DNA of 55,644 bases from an uncultured Muribaculaceae bacterium. Its GTDB lineage: Bacteria; Bacillota_I; Bacilli_A; RF39; UBA660. Both the position numbers and the translations under genes were made by a program. The notes under the pieces were generated by a model, which had not been told where the DNA came from, did not search any database, and was given only the letters and a program-made list of their open reading frames with translations. The DNA is taken from the NCBI GenBank assembly GCA_964609995.1, contig CAZSTI010000001.1:29886-85529 (forward strand), written 5' to 3'. Position 1 is the stretch's first letter. Each line of letters opens with the position of its first letter. Below, in pieces: positions 35,582 through 44,533 of this stretch.

Positions 35582-37729
35582 ATGGAAAACAAGCTTTATA
35601 TAGAAAACAAGGATAATTTTTGGAGAGACTTATTAGTAAGAATAGCATTAATATTGTTATTTATATTTTTACTTATATGGTTATTTCCTATGCCTAAATT
35701 AGAAACATTCTATGATAGGATTTTTGCGGACAATCTAAAAATGATGCAAGATGCAGCGAAAGATTATTTCACTGTAGAAAGATTACCAATAGAAATTGGA
35801 GATAAAAAGAAGTTATCATTAAGAGATATGATCGATAAAAAAATGATATTGCCTTTCTTAGATAGAGACGGTAATACTTGTGATTTTGATAATTCTTATG
35901 TAGAAGTTATTAAAATGGAAACAGATTATGTATTTAAAGTTAACTTATCTTGTCCAACCAAGACTGATTATATTATAGATTATTTTGGATGCTATGATGT
36001 ATGTGAAGATGATAGTTGCGAAGAAAAAGAGGATTCAATAGTATTAGAATATCAATTTTATAGAAATGGAAGCAAAAAGGTAATAGATTATTATACTTGT
36101 CCAAGCGGTTATGATTTAAAGGGAAGTTCGTGTGTAAAAGAAAACAATATTTTAGAAAAAATATCTGCTAAGCTAACTTGTAATCCGGGATTTACTTATA
36201 ATAGTGTAACTGATTCATGTGAGAAATTAGTTTCAAGTTCAACTGATCCTGATAAGGTATGCCCAACTGGTTATGTATATAATGATAATTCAAAAGCATG
36301 TTTAAAATATATTGTTAGAGAAGAAGAACCTAGTAAGATTTGTTCTAAAGGCACATATAATCCTTCAACAGGTAAATGTGTTGTTGGAAATACTACTACA
36401 TATAATGCAACATTAGTATGTGATAGTGGAACATATAATTCTTCAACAGGTAAATGTGTAATAACAACACCATCAAGTTATGATGCTACACCAAAATGTA
36501 CAACAGGAACTTACGATGCTTCTACAAAAAAATGTGCAATTACAACACCATCAAGTTATAATGCAACACCATATTGTACAACTGGAGTATATAATTCATC
36601 AACAAATAGATGTGATGTAACTACTCCTTCAAATTATCCAGCAGTTTATGCATGTACAACAGGAACTAATAATGGAACTTCTTGTACTATAACTGCTGCA
36701 ACTACAGTAGCTGCACTTATTAAAACTACTTCAAACACTTATGTAGATACAAAAGATGGAATTGAAACAAAAAAATGGTCTTGTCAAGTTTATGAATATG
36801 ATTATTTAAGATCAAATGTATCAAATTCTACATTTACAAGAACTTATATTGGAAAAGAATCTAGATATACATGTGCATTACCAACTTGTTTAACAACATA
36901 TTATAAATATAATGAATGTACAGCGGTTATAACTGGTTCTTGTGCAGACCAATCTTATACATATAATAGAACAACTGGAAAATGTACAAAGACTATAACT
37001 ACTTATTCAAATGTATATTATTGTGCTGATGGAGCAACACCAACAAATGGTAGATGTCCAGTAGCAGCAGTAACTACACCTAAAGTTCCTACTTGTCCAA
37101 ACGGAGGAAATCTAGTTAATGATACTTGTTATGTATCAAACACAACACATTTAATTCCTTCATATAGTTGTCCAAACGGAGGAGATTTATCAGGAACAAA
37201 ATGTAACGTATCAACAACTACTTATGTGGCGCCTTCATATAGTTGCCCAAACGGTGGCAATATATCAGGAACAAAGTGTAATGTATCAACAACAACAACA
37301 ATTAGTCCTAGATATACTTGTCCAAATGGAGGAGATTTATCTAATACAACATGTTATGTATCAAACTCATCAACTATCTCACCAACTTTGGCATGTAACT
37401 TAGGAACATTAATTGGAGATAAATGTAAGATAACTACAATAGACAATAAAAGTTTTTCATATAATTGCTCTGTTGGAACATTAAGTGGAAATAAATGTGT
37501 TGTTAATTCATTATTAAAAGAAGAAGTAAGTTATTCATGTGATTATGGATATACGAGAACTGGAACAGATTGTATAAAAACAACAAGCTCTTCTTCAATA
37601 AAAAAGGGAACTCCAGTTTATAAAACAACATCAAGTAAAGAATATAAATGGAGTAGAGAAACATCTTTAATTGGATGGGAAAGAACTGGAAAAACCAGAG
37701 AAGTAAAAGTAGCTTATAATTCAAAATAA
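35582..37729 (+). CDS. Membrane-anchored extracytoplasmic protein made of tandem two-cysteine repeat modules (unknown function)
   Basis: ATG at 35582 after a GGGGG RBS. N-terminal TM helix LVRIALILLFIFLLIWLF. Scattered CPxGY...C hairpin motifs, then two tandem arrays of 26-aa and 25-aa units, each with a Cys-x10/11-Cys pair. Confidence 0.75.
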   Translation: MENKLYIENKDNFWRDLLVRIALILLFIFLLIWLFPMPKLETFYDRIFADNLKMMQDAAKDYFTVERLPIEIGDKKKLSLRDMIDKKMILPFLDRDGNTCDFDNSYVEVIKMETDYVFKVNLSCPTKTDYIIDYFGCYDVCEDDSCEEKEDSIVLEYQFYRNGSKKVIDYYTCPSGYDLKGSSCVKENNILEKISAKLTCNPGFTYNSVTDSCEKLVSSSTDPDKVCPTGYVYNDNSKACLKYIVREEEPSKICSKGTYNPSTGKCVVGNTTTYNATLVCDSGTYNSSTGKCVITTPSSYDATPKCTTGTYDASTKKCAITTPSSYNATPYCTTGVYNSSTNRCDVTTPSNYPAVYACTTGTNNGTSCTITAATTVAALIKTTSNTYVDTKDGIETKKWSCQVYEYDYLRSNVSNSTFTRTYIGKESRYTCALPTCLTTYYKYNECTAVITGSCADQSYTYNRTTGKCTKTITTYSNVYYCADGATPTNGRCPVAAVTTPKVPTCPNGGNLVNDTCYVSNTTHLIPSYSCPNGGDLSGTKCNVSTTTYVAPSYSCPNGGNISGTKCNVSTTTTISPRYTCPNGGDLSNTTCYVSNSSTISPTLACNLGTLIGDKCKITTIDNKSFSYNCSVGTLSGNKCVVNSLLKEEVSYSCDYGYTRTGTDCIKTTSSSSIKKGTPVYKTTSSKEYKWSRETSLIGWERTGKTREVKVAYNSK
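36341..36690 (+). repeat. In-frame 78-nt (26-aa) tandem repeat, about 4.5 copies (CxxGTYNxSTxKCxxTTPSSYxATPx)
   Basis: Units CSKGTYNPSTGKCVVGNTTTYNATLV, CDSGTYNSSTGKCVITTPSSYDATPK, CTTGTYDASTKKCAITTPSSYNATPY and CTTGVYNSSTNRCDVTTPSNYPAVYA, plus a partial unit. Confidence 0.85.
37094..37590 (+). repeat. In-frame 75-nt (25-aa) tandem repeat, about 6.5 copies (CPNGGxLSGTKCNVSTTTxxxPSYS)
   Basis: Four well-conserved CPNGG units are followed by three degenerate units (CNLGTLIGDKC, CSVGTLSGNKC, CDYGYTRTGTDC). Confidence 0.85.
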
Positions 37730-37754
37730 TTATTTGTTATATAAAAAGGGGTTA

Positions 37755-37779
37755 AGGACACAGAAATGTGTTCTTTTTT
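37755..37779 (+). terminator. Rho-independent terminator after the Cys-repeat gene
   Basis: Stem aggacaca/tgtgttct (one G-U pair) with loop gaaa, then a T-run. Confidence 0.65.
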
Positions 37780-37780
37780 G

Positions 37781-37789
37781 TGCTATAAT
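37781..37789 (+). promoter_or_regulatory. Extended -10 promoter element (TGcTATAAT) upstream of priA
   Basis: TGCTATAAT lies 18 nt upstream of the priA ATG. AGGAGG RBS at 37795-37800. Confidence 0.45.
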
Positions 37790-37806
37790 TTTTATAGGAG
37801 GTTATT

Positions 37807-39942
37807 ATGTATGCAGATGTTATTATGGAAATAAATGTATTTAAAAATAAAATCTTTTCATATAAAATTCCTTCTAATTTAAAAGTGGATATTGGTAGTA
37901 GAGTTCACGTTCCTTTTGGAAGTAATAAAGTAAACGGAATAGTATTAAATATAAAAGACGATTACAAAGATACTATTGAATTAAAAGAAATTATTAGTTT
38001 ATTAGATAATGAACCCGTATTAAATAAAGAACAAATTAATTTAATTTATTTTCTTAGGAATAATTATTTGTGTACATATTTGGATGCATACAAGGTTATG
38101 GTTCCAACTCAATTAAAATTAAGCAAAAATATTAATAATGTTAAAATAGAAAAGACCTATTATATTAAAAATTTAATTGAAGTAAAAACAAAAGCAGAAC
38201 AAAATATTTTGAATTTGTTTAAGAATAAAGAACAATTAAAACCTAGTGAAATTTCAAATAAAAAAGCATTAAATTTATTGCTTGAAAAAGGAATATTGGA
38301 TATAAAAAAAGAAGAAATATATAGGTTAACTGATAAATTTGAAAAAATAGAAAAAATAAAATTAACTAAAGATCAACAAAATATATATCAAGAGATTAAT
38401 ACTAGTAAAGATAATATATTTTTATTAAGAGGAGTAACTGGATCTGGTAAAACCGAAATATATATGGATTTAATTGAAGATGTATTAAAAGATAATAAAG
38501 AAGTAATAGTATTAGTTCCGGAGATATCTATTACTACTCAATTAGTAAACAGATTTAAAGGAAGATTTCAAGATAAAGTAGCGTTATTTCATAGTGGACT
38601 TTCTACTGGCGAAAGATATGATGAATGGCGAAAGATAAAAAGAAAAGAAGTAAGTATTGTTGTTGGAGCAAGAAGTGCAGTATTTTGTCCATTCACGAAT
38701 ATTGGATTAATAATAATGGATGAAGAAAACGATGAATCTTATAAGCAAGAAAATAATCCTAGATATAATACAATTGATGTTGCGATAGAAAGAATTAAAT
38801 ATAATAATGCTAAACTAATTTTAGGAAGTGCAACACCTTCACTAGAGAGTTATGCTAGAGCAAAAGTTAATAGATATCATTTACTAGAATTAGAAACAAG
38901 AGTAAATAATAAAAAAATGCCTAATGTTGATATTATAGATATGAAAAATGAAATGAAAAAAGGTAACAGTATTATTTCTAGTATTGCTAAGGAATATATA
39001 TTAGATAGAATAAACAAAAATGAACAAGTAATGATTTTAATGAATCGAAGAGGTTATTCTAATTATGTATTATGTAGCGAGTGTGGAGAAGTAATAAAAT
39101 GTCCAAATTGCGATATATCATTAACATATCATAAAAACAATAATAGTTTAAAATGTCATTATTGTAATTTTCAAACACAAATGCCAAATAAATGTAAAAA
39201 ATGTAATTCTAAATATTTAAGTTTAAAAGGAAAAGGAACAGAAAAAATTGAAGAAACATTACACAGTATTTTTAAAAATATAAGAGTAATTAGAATGGAT
39301 AGTGACACTACTACAAAAAAATCATCTCATGAGAAGATTATAAAAGATTTTAACGATCATAAATATGATGTACTACTTGGAACCCAAATGATATCAAAAG
39401 GATTAGATTTTGCAAATGTTACTTTAGTAGTTGTTATTGATGCTGATTCCTCATTATATATATCTGATTATAGAAGTAGCGAAAGAACTTTTTCTCTTCT
39501 TACACAAGTTTCTGGTAGAGCAGGTAGACATGATAAAGAAGGAAACATTATTATTCAAACCTTTAATCCAAATCATTATGCAATCAAATTAGTTGAAAAT
39601 CATGATTATGTAACTTTTTATAATAATGAAATAACTATTAGAAAACGTTTATATTATCCACCATTTTGTTTTATTGTAGCAATTAGAATTCTAGCTAATG
39701 ATTTTGAGATGGGTTCTAAAGAAATAAATAATATTATTAATATTTTAAGATCAAAATTAAACGAAAAACATAAAATCCTTGGATCCTCAATATTTCCTAA
39801 AATAAATAATATATATGGTTTTCAAACTATTATAAAATATAAAGAAAAAGAACAACTTATGGAAGTATTAGAAGAAATAGATCTTCATTATATAAATTCT
39901 AAAGTAAAATTAGAGATTGACTTTAATCCAAATAGATTGTAA
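37807..39942 (+). CDS. priA: Primosomal replication-restart helicase PriA
   Basis: Walker A GVTGSGKTE, DExH-like IIMDEENDESY, Cys-rich Zn modules CSECGEVIKCPNC and CHYCNF...CKKCNS, and SGRAGR. Confidence 0.92.
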   Translation: MYADVIMEINVFKNKIFSYKIPSNLKVDIGSRVHVPFGSNKVNGIVLNIKDDYKDTIELKEIISLLDNEPVLNKEQINLIYFLRNNYLCTYLDAYKVMVPTQLKLSKNINNVKIEKTYYIKNLIEVKTKAEQNILNLFKNKEQLKPSEISNKKALNLLLEKGILDIKKEEIYRLTDKFEKIEKIKLTKDQQNIYQEINTSKDNIFLLRGVTGSGKTEIYMDLIEDVLKDNKEVIVLVPEISITTQLVNRFKGRFQDKVALFHSGLSTGERYDEWRKIKRKEVSIVVGARSAVFCPFTNIGLIIMDEENDESYKQENNPRYNTIDVAIERIKYNNAKLILGSATPSLESYARAKVNRYHLLELETRVNNKKMPNVDIIDMKNEMKKGNSIISSIAKEYILDRINKNEQVMILMNRRGYSNYVLCSECGEVIKCPNCDISLTYHKNNNSLKCHYCNFQTQMPNKCKKCNSKYLSLKGKGTEKIEETLHSIFKNIRVIRMDSDTTTKKSSHEKIIKDFNDHKYDVLLGTQMISKGLDFANVTLVVVIDADSSLYISDYRSSERTFSLLTQVSGRAGRHDKEGNIIIQTFNPNHYAIKLVENHDYVTFYNNEITIRKRLYYPPFCFIVAIRILANDFEMGSKEINNIINILRSKLNEKHKILGSSIFPKINNIYGFQTIIKYKEKEQLMEVLEEIDLHYINSKVKLEIDFNPNRL

Positions 39943-39974
39943 ACAATTAGTATTACAAATATATATAAAAACAA

Positions 39975-40002
39975 TTGATTTTTATATTTAATATGATATA
40001 AT
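39975..40002 (+). promoter_or_regulatory. Sigma-A promoter for rpsB-tsf (TTGATT, 16 nt, TGaTATAAT)
   Basis: -35 at 39975-39980 and extended -10 at 39994-40002. This implies a leader of about 105 nt before the rpsB ATG. Confidence 0.6.
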
Positions 40003-40113
40003 ATTTGTGGTTAAAAAAACACATGAATATGGATTGTTATGCCTAGTGCTGATTAATCAGTGGTGTACCAAGAAGAAGTATTCAGAGGAAAAAACGAAAG
40101 GAGAGATTTTTTT

Positions 40114-41079
40114 ATGCCAGTAGTTTCAATGAATTATTTATTGGAAGCAGGAGTTCACTTTGGACATCAAACCAAAAGATGGAATCCAAAAATGAAGGAG
40201 TATATTTATACTTCGAGAGAGGATATCTACATCATAGACTTACAAAAAACAGCACAAATGATAGAAGAAGCATATGTTGTTTTAAAAGCTATTGCTGAAA
40301 ATGGTGGTAAAGTATTATTTGTAGGTACAAAGAAACAAGCACAAGAAGCAGTTAAAGAAGAAGCAGAAAGAACACAAATGTATTATGTTAATGAAAGATG
40401 GTTAGGGGGAACATTAACAAACTTTAGGACAATAAGAAAGAGAGTTACAAGATTAGATGAAATCGAAAAGATGGAAACTGATGGAACTTTCGAAGCTTTA
40501 CCTAAAAAAGAAGTAATTAAAATTAAAAAAGAATACGATAAATTAGATAGATATTTATGTGGAATAAGGGAAATGAAAAAATTACCTGAAGCCGTAATAA
40601 TTGTTGATCCAAGCAAAGAATTAAGTGCAATTAAAGAAGCAAGAAAATTAAATATTCCAGTATTTGGAATAGTAGATACAAACTGTGATCCAGATTTAGT
40701 AGACTATGTAATACCTGCTAATGATGATGCTATAAGATCCGTTAAATTAATAATGGGTGTTTTAAATAATGCTATAGCAGAATCTTTAGGAGCTGAAATT
40801 ATTGATTTTGTTTCTGATGAAGAAAAGGTAAACAAGAATAAAGAAGAAATACACAAAGACGAAAAAGAGATAAATAATAATATAGTTGCTGAAGAAATTT
40901 TTGAAAAACCTTTAGAAAAAAAACATATAGCAGTTGAAAAGAAGGAAGAACCAAAGGAAGTTAAAAAGTCTAATTTAAAAGATTTAACAGTTGTTGAATT
41001 AAAGAACTTAGCAAAAGAAAAAGGTATTGAAGGTTATTCAAAAATGAAGAAAGAAGAATTATTAAAGAAATTAAAATAA
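40114..41079 (+). CDS. rpsB: 30S ribosomal protein S2 with a ~90-aa charged C-terminal extension ending in a Rho_N/SAP-like helix-extended-helix motif
   Basis: [27 protein letters not shown] is the canonical S2 N-terminus. AAAGGAGAG RBS. The C-terminal [36 protein letters not shown] matches the Rho N-terminal-domain pattern. Confidence 0.93.
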   Translation: MPVVSMNYLLEAGVHFGHQTKRWNPKMKEYIYTSREDIYIIDLQKTAQMIEEAYVVLKAIAENGGKVLFVGTKKQAQEAVKEEAERTQMYYVNERWLGGTLTNFRTIRKRVTRLDEIEKMETDGTFEALPKKEVIKIKKEYDKLDRYLCGIREMKKLPEAVIIVDPSKELSAIKEARKLNIPVFGIVDTNCDPDLVDYVIPANDDAIRSVKLIMGVLNNAIAESLGAEIIDFVSDEEKVNKNKEEIHKDEKEINNNIVAEEIFEKPLEKKHIAVEKKEEPKEVKKSNLKDLTVVELKNLAKEKGIEGYSKMKKEELLKKLK

Positions 41080-41088
41080 GGAGGCATA

Positions 41089-41964
41089 ATGATAACAGCA
41101 AATTTAGTAAAAGAATTGAGAGAAAAAACTGGAGCTGGAATGTTGGATTGCAAAAAAGCTTTAGAATCTACAAATGGAAATATTGAAGAAGCAACTGATT
41201 GGTTAAGAGAAAAAGGAATTTCTACAGCTGCAAAAAAAGAAGGAAGAATAGCAGCTGAAGGATTAGTACATATAATATCTAACGATAAGAAAGCATCAAT
41301 TGTAGAATTAAATTCTGAAACAGATTTTGTAGCAAGCAATCAAGAGTTTATTGATTTGGTAACTCAAACAACTAATTTAGTTTTAAATAATGATATTAAA
41401 ACTGTAGAAGAAGCTTTGACATTAACAATAGACGGTGTAACATTAAATGATTTAATTATTAGTAAGATTGCTAAAATAGGTGAAAAGCTTAGTTTTAGAA
41501 GATTTGAAAGTATTGAATTAAATGATAATGAAGTATTCGGTGTCTATATACACAATACAAAGAAAATAGCGGTTCTAATAGTATTAGAAGGAGCTAATGA
41601 AGAAATTGCAAAAGATGTTGCAATGCATGCAGCAGCAATGAGACCAAAACACATAAGAAAAGAAGATGTTTCTAGTGAAGAAATTGAAAAAGAAAGAGAA
41701 ATACAAAAACAATTAGCAATTAATGAAGGAAAACCTGCTGATATTGCGGAAAAAATGGTTGAAGGAAGAATTAATAAACATTTTAAAGAAATTTGTTTAG
41801 AAGGTCAAGAATTTATTAAAAATCAAGATTTAACTGTTTTAGAATATGTAAAAAACAACAATGGAATAATTAAGAAAATGGTACGTTATGAAGTAGGCGA
41901 AGGTATGGAAAAAAGATGTGATAACTTTGCTGAAGAGGTAATGAATCAAATATATAATAAATAA
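41089..41964 (+). CDS. tsf: Elongation factor Ts
   Basis: UBA-like N-terminus LVKELREKTGAGMLDCKKAL, TDFVA motif, conserved rpsB-tsf order. Confidence 0.95.
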   Translation: MITANLVKELREKTGAGMLDCKKALESTNGNIEEATDWLREKGISTAAKKEGRIAAEGLVHIISNDKKASIVELNSETDFVASNQEFIDLVTQTTNLVLNNDIKTVEEALTLTIDGVTLNDLIISKIAKIGEKLSFRRFESIELNDNEVFGVYIHNTKKIAVLIVLEGANEEIAKDVAMHAAAMRPKHIRKEDVSSEEIEKEREIQKQLAINEGKPADIAEKMVEGRINKHFKEICLEGQEFIKNQDLTVLEYVKNNNGIIKKMVRYEVGEGMEKRCDNFAEEVMNQIYNK

Positions 41965-41996
41965 AGACAAGAAAAAAATCTTGTCTTTTCTTTTTC
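41963..41996 (+). terminator. Rho-independent terminator after tsf
   Basis: Perfect 9-bp stem aaagacaag/cttgtcttt with an 8-nt A-rich loop and a T-rich tail. Confidence 0.75.
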
Positions 41997-42010
41997 TAAT
42001 CATTCTTTTA

Positions 42011-42019
42011 TGGTACAAT
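42011..42019 (+). promoter_or_regulatory. Extended -10 promoter element (TGgTACAAT) upstream of parC
   Basis: TGGTACAAT lies 17 nt upstream of the ATG at 42036. AGGTG RBS at 42026-42030. Confidence 0.4.
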
Positions 42020-42035
42020 GTATTTAGGTGAATAT

Positions 42036-44525
42036 ATGAAAAACATAATAGAAAAAATATATGAATATAGTTTAGAAGATATGATGGGGAAAAGTTTTGG
42101 TAGATATGCAAAATCTATTATTCAAGATAGAGCTATTCCCGATGTTAGGGATGGCTTAAAACCTGTTCAAAGAAGGATATTATATTCTATGTATAAAGAT
42201 AAATATACATATGACAAACCATATAGAAAATCTGCTAGAGCTGTTGGTGATATTATGGGTAAATATCATCCTCATGGTGATTCATCAATTTATGATGCTA
42301 TGGTTAGAATGAGTCAATATTGGAAAATGAACACACCATTTATTGATATGCAAGGAAATAATGGTTCAATTGATGGTGATTCTGCAGCTGCTATGCGTTA
42401 TACTGAAGCAAGATTATCAAAGATAAGTGAAGAATTATTAAAAGATATTGAGAAGAATACTGTAATAATGGCTTTAAATTATGATGATTCATTAGAAGAA
42501 CCAACAGTGCTTCCCGCTAGATTTCCAAATTTATTAGTAAATGGATCTACTGGTATAAGTGCTGGTTATGCTACAAATATTCCTCCACATAATTTGGGAG
42601 AAGTAATAGAAGCTACAATACATAGAATTGATCAACCAAATTGTAGATTAGATACTGTAATGAATATAGTAAAAGGTCCCGATTTTCCCACTGGAGGAAT
42701 AGTTGAAGGAAAAACCGGTTTAGAAGAAGCATATAAAACTGGTAGAGGAAAAGTTATATTAAAAGCTAAGGTATTTATTGAAAAAAACAAAGGAAAAAAT
42801 TTATTAATAATTACTGAAATACCTTATGAAATAAATAAATCCATATTAGTAAAGCAAATTGATGAAATAAGAGTAGATAAGAAAATAGATGGAATTATTG
42901 AAGTTAGAGATGAATCGGATAGAGAAGGATTAAGGATTGTAGTTGAATTAAAGAAAGAAAGTAATGATGAACTTATATTAAATTATTTATATAAAAATAC
43001 ACAATTACAAGTTTCTTATAATTTTAATATTATTGCAATTGTAAATAGAAGACCTAAGCAATTGGGTATTTTGGAAATTTTAGATGCCTATATAAAACAT
43101 CAAAAAGAAACTGTTACATTAAGGTCAAAATTTGATTTAGAGCACGCTAAAGAAAGATTTCATATAGTAGAAGGTTTTTTAAAAGCAATGAGCATATTAG
43201 ATGAAGTAATTAGAGTGATTAGAAAAAGTAATAATAAATTAGATGCTCAAGAAAATTTAACTAAAGAATTTGGATTTTCTAATTTACAAGCTGAAGCAAT
43301 TGTAATGTTGCAATTATATAGATTAACTAATACAGATGTTGTAGCGCTTGAAGAAGAATTGAAAAATTTAACAATTATTATAAATGGATTAATTGGAATA
43401 TTAACTGACGAAACTAAATTGTTTGAAGTAATTAAAAACGAACTAAGAAGAATTAAAAGAGAATATGGAAAAGATAGAAAAACAGAAATAGTAGAAGAGT
43501 TTAGTGAAATAAAGATTGATTCTACAATGATGATTCCAAAAGAAGATGTAGTTGTTGTGGTAAGTAATGATGGTTATGTAAAAAGAGTTTCAACAAAATC
43601 TTATAGTGCTTCTAAAGAAGAAGCAACATCATTAAAAGAAGGAGATTTTGTAATTGGGTTATTCGAAATGAATACTCAAAATACTTTATTGTTATTTACA
43701 AATAAAGGTAATTATTTATATTTGCCCGTTCATGAAATACCAGATATTAAATGGAAAGAACTTGGAAAGCATATCAGTAATATTATCCAGTTAAAAGAAG
43801 GTGAAATAATTGTGGGTTGTATGCCCGTATATGATTTTAACAAAGATTTATTGGTTACTACATTTACTAAAATGGGTATGATAAAAAGAACAAAATTATC
43901 TGAATATGAAGTTCAAAGATATTCTAAACCAATATCTAATATGAAAATTAAAGCTACTGATGAAGTGATTGGAATATCATATAATATGGGAAATGAAATA
44001 CTTGTTACTACTGATTTGGGTTATTCATTAAGATTTGATGTCGAAGAAGTATCGATAACTGGTATAAGGACAAGCGGAGTTAAAACAATTAATTTAAAGA
44101 ATGATAAAGTAATAAGTGGCATTATTCCATCCCTTGAATATATTACAATACTAATGGATAAAGGCAACTGCAAAAGAATAAAGATTGAAGAAATAGAAAA
44201 GATGAATAGAGCTAGAAGAGGAACATTAATTTTAAAACATGTAAAGAGTAAACCCCAAAAAATTATTAAAGTATTGGAAACCTCTTCAAAAGACTTAATT
44301 GGAATAAAAATTAATAATGAAATTAAAATAATTAAAAACTCAGAAATTCCAATTATGGATTTACAAAGTATTGGGTCTAATATATTAAAAAGTAATATAA
44401 ATAATGCTTTTGTAATAAATAATTTAAATAAAGAAGATAAGATAGAGGAAATAAAAGAAGTTTCTTTAAAAGAAATAGATGATAAAATATTAACAATAGA
44501 TACTTTCTTAAAAGAATTAGAATAG
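42036..44525 (+). CDS. parC: DNA topoisomerase IV subunit A
   Basis: SFGRYAKSIIQDRAIPDVRDGLKPVQRRILY (QRRILY is ParC-type; GyrA typically has HRRILY). Catalytic Tyr region AAMRYTEARL. No GyrA-box (QRRGGKG) at the start of the C-terminal domain. Confidence 0.8.
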   Translation: MKNIIEKIYEYSLEDMMGKSFGRYAKSIIQDRAIPDVRDGLKPVQRRILYSMYKDKYTYDKPYRKSARAVGDIMGKYHPHGDSSIYDAMVRMSQYWKMNTPFIDMQGNNGSIDGDSAAAMRYTEARLSKISEELLKDIEKNTVIMALNYDDSLEEPTVLPARFPNLLVNGSTGISAGYATNIPPHNLGEVIEATIHRIDQPNCRLDTVMNIVKGPDFPTGGIVEGKTGLEEAYKTGRGKVILKAKVFIEKNKGKNLLIITEIPYEINKSILVKQIDEIRVDKKIDGIIEVRDESDREGLRIVVELKKESNDELILNYLYKNTQLQVSYNFNIIAIVNRRPKQLGILEILDAYIKHQKETVTLRSKFDLEHAKERFHIVEGFLKAMSILDEVIRVIRKSNNKLDAQENLTKEFGFSNLQAEAIVMLQLYRLTNTDVVALEEELKNLTIIINGLIGILTDETKLFEVIKNELRRIKREYGKDRKTEIVEEFSEIKIDSTMMIPKEDVVVVVSNDGYVKRVSTKSYSASKEEATSLKEGDFVIGLFEMNTQNTLLLFTNKGNYLYLPVHEIPDIKWKELGKHISNIIQLKEGEIIVGCMPVYDFNKDLLVTTFTKMGMIKRTKLSEYEVQRYSKPISNMKIKATDEVIGISYNMGNEILVTTDLGYSLRFDVEEVSITGIRTSGVKTINLKNDKVISGIIPSLEYITILMDKGNCKRIKIEEIEKMNRARRGTLILKHVKSKPQKIIKVLETSSKDLIGIKINNEIKIIKNSEIPIMDLQSIGSNILKSNINNAFVINNLNKEDKIEEIKEVSLKEIDDKILTIDTFLKELE

Positions 44526-44533
44526 GAGGTATA

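Noticed and set aside
36341-37590. Regularly spaced 75-78-nt direct repeats, which could suggest a CRISPR-like or satellite array. The 45-nt repeats at 183-305 raised the same question.
   Set aside because: The repeats are contiguous with no unique spacers. They are in frame within long ORFs and are conserved at the protein level, so they are coding tandem repeats.
20263-37729. The envelope locus as a horizontally acquired genomic island or prophage remnant.
   Set aside because: There is no integrase, transposase, tRNA target, flanking direct repeat or visible compositional shift. By eye, codon usage and AT content match the flanking housekeeping genes. It may still be lineage-specific.
42036-44525. 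Type IIA topoisomerase A subunit as GyrA.
   Set aside because: It has QRRILY rather than HRRILY, has no GyrA box in the first C-terminal-domain blade, and has no adjacent gyrB.
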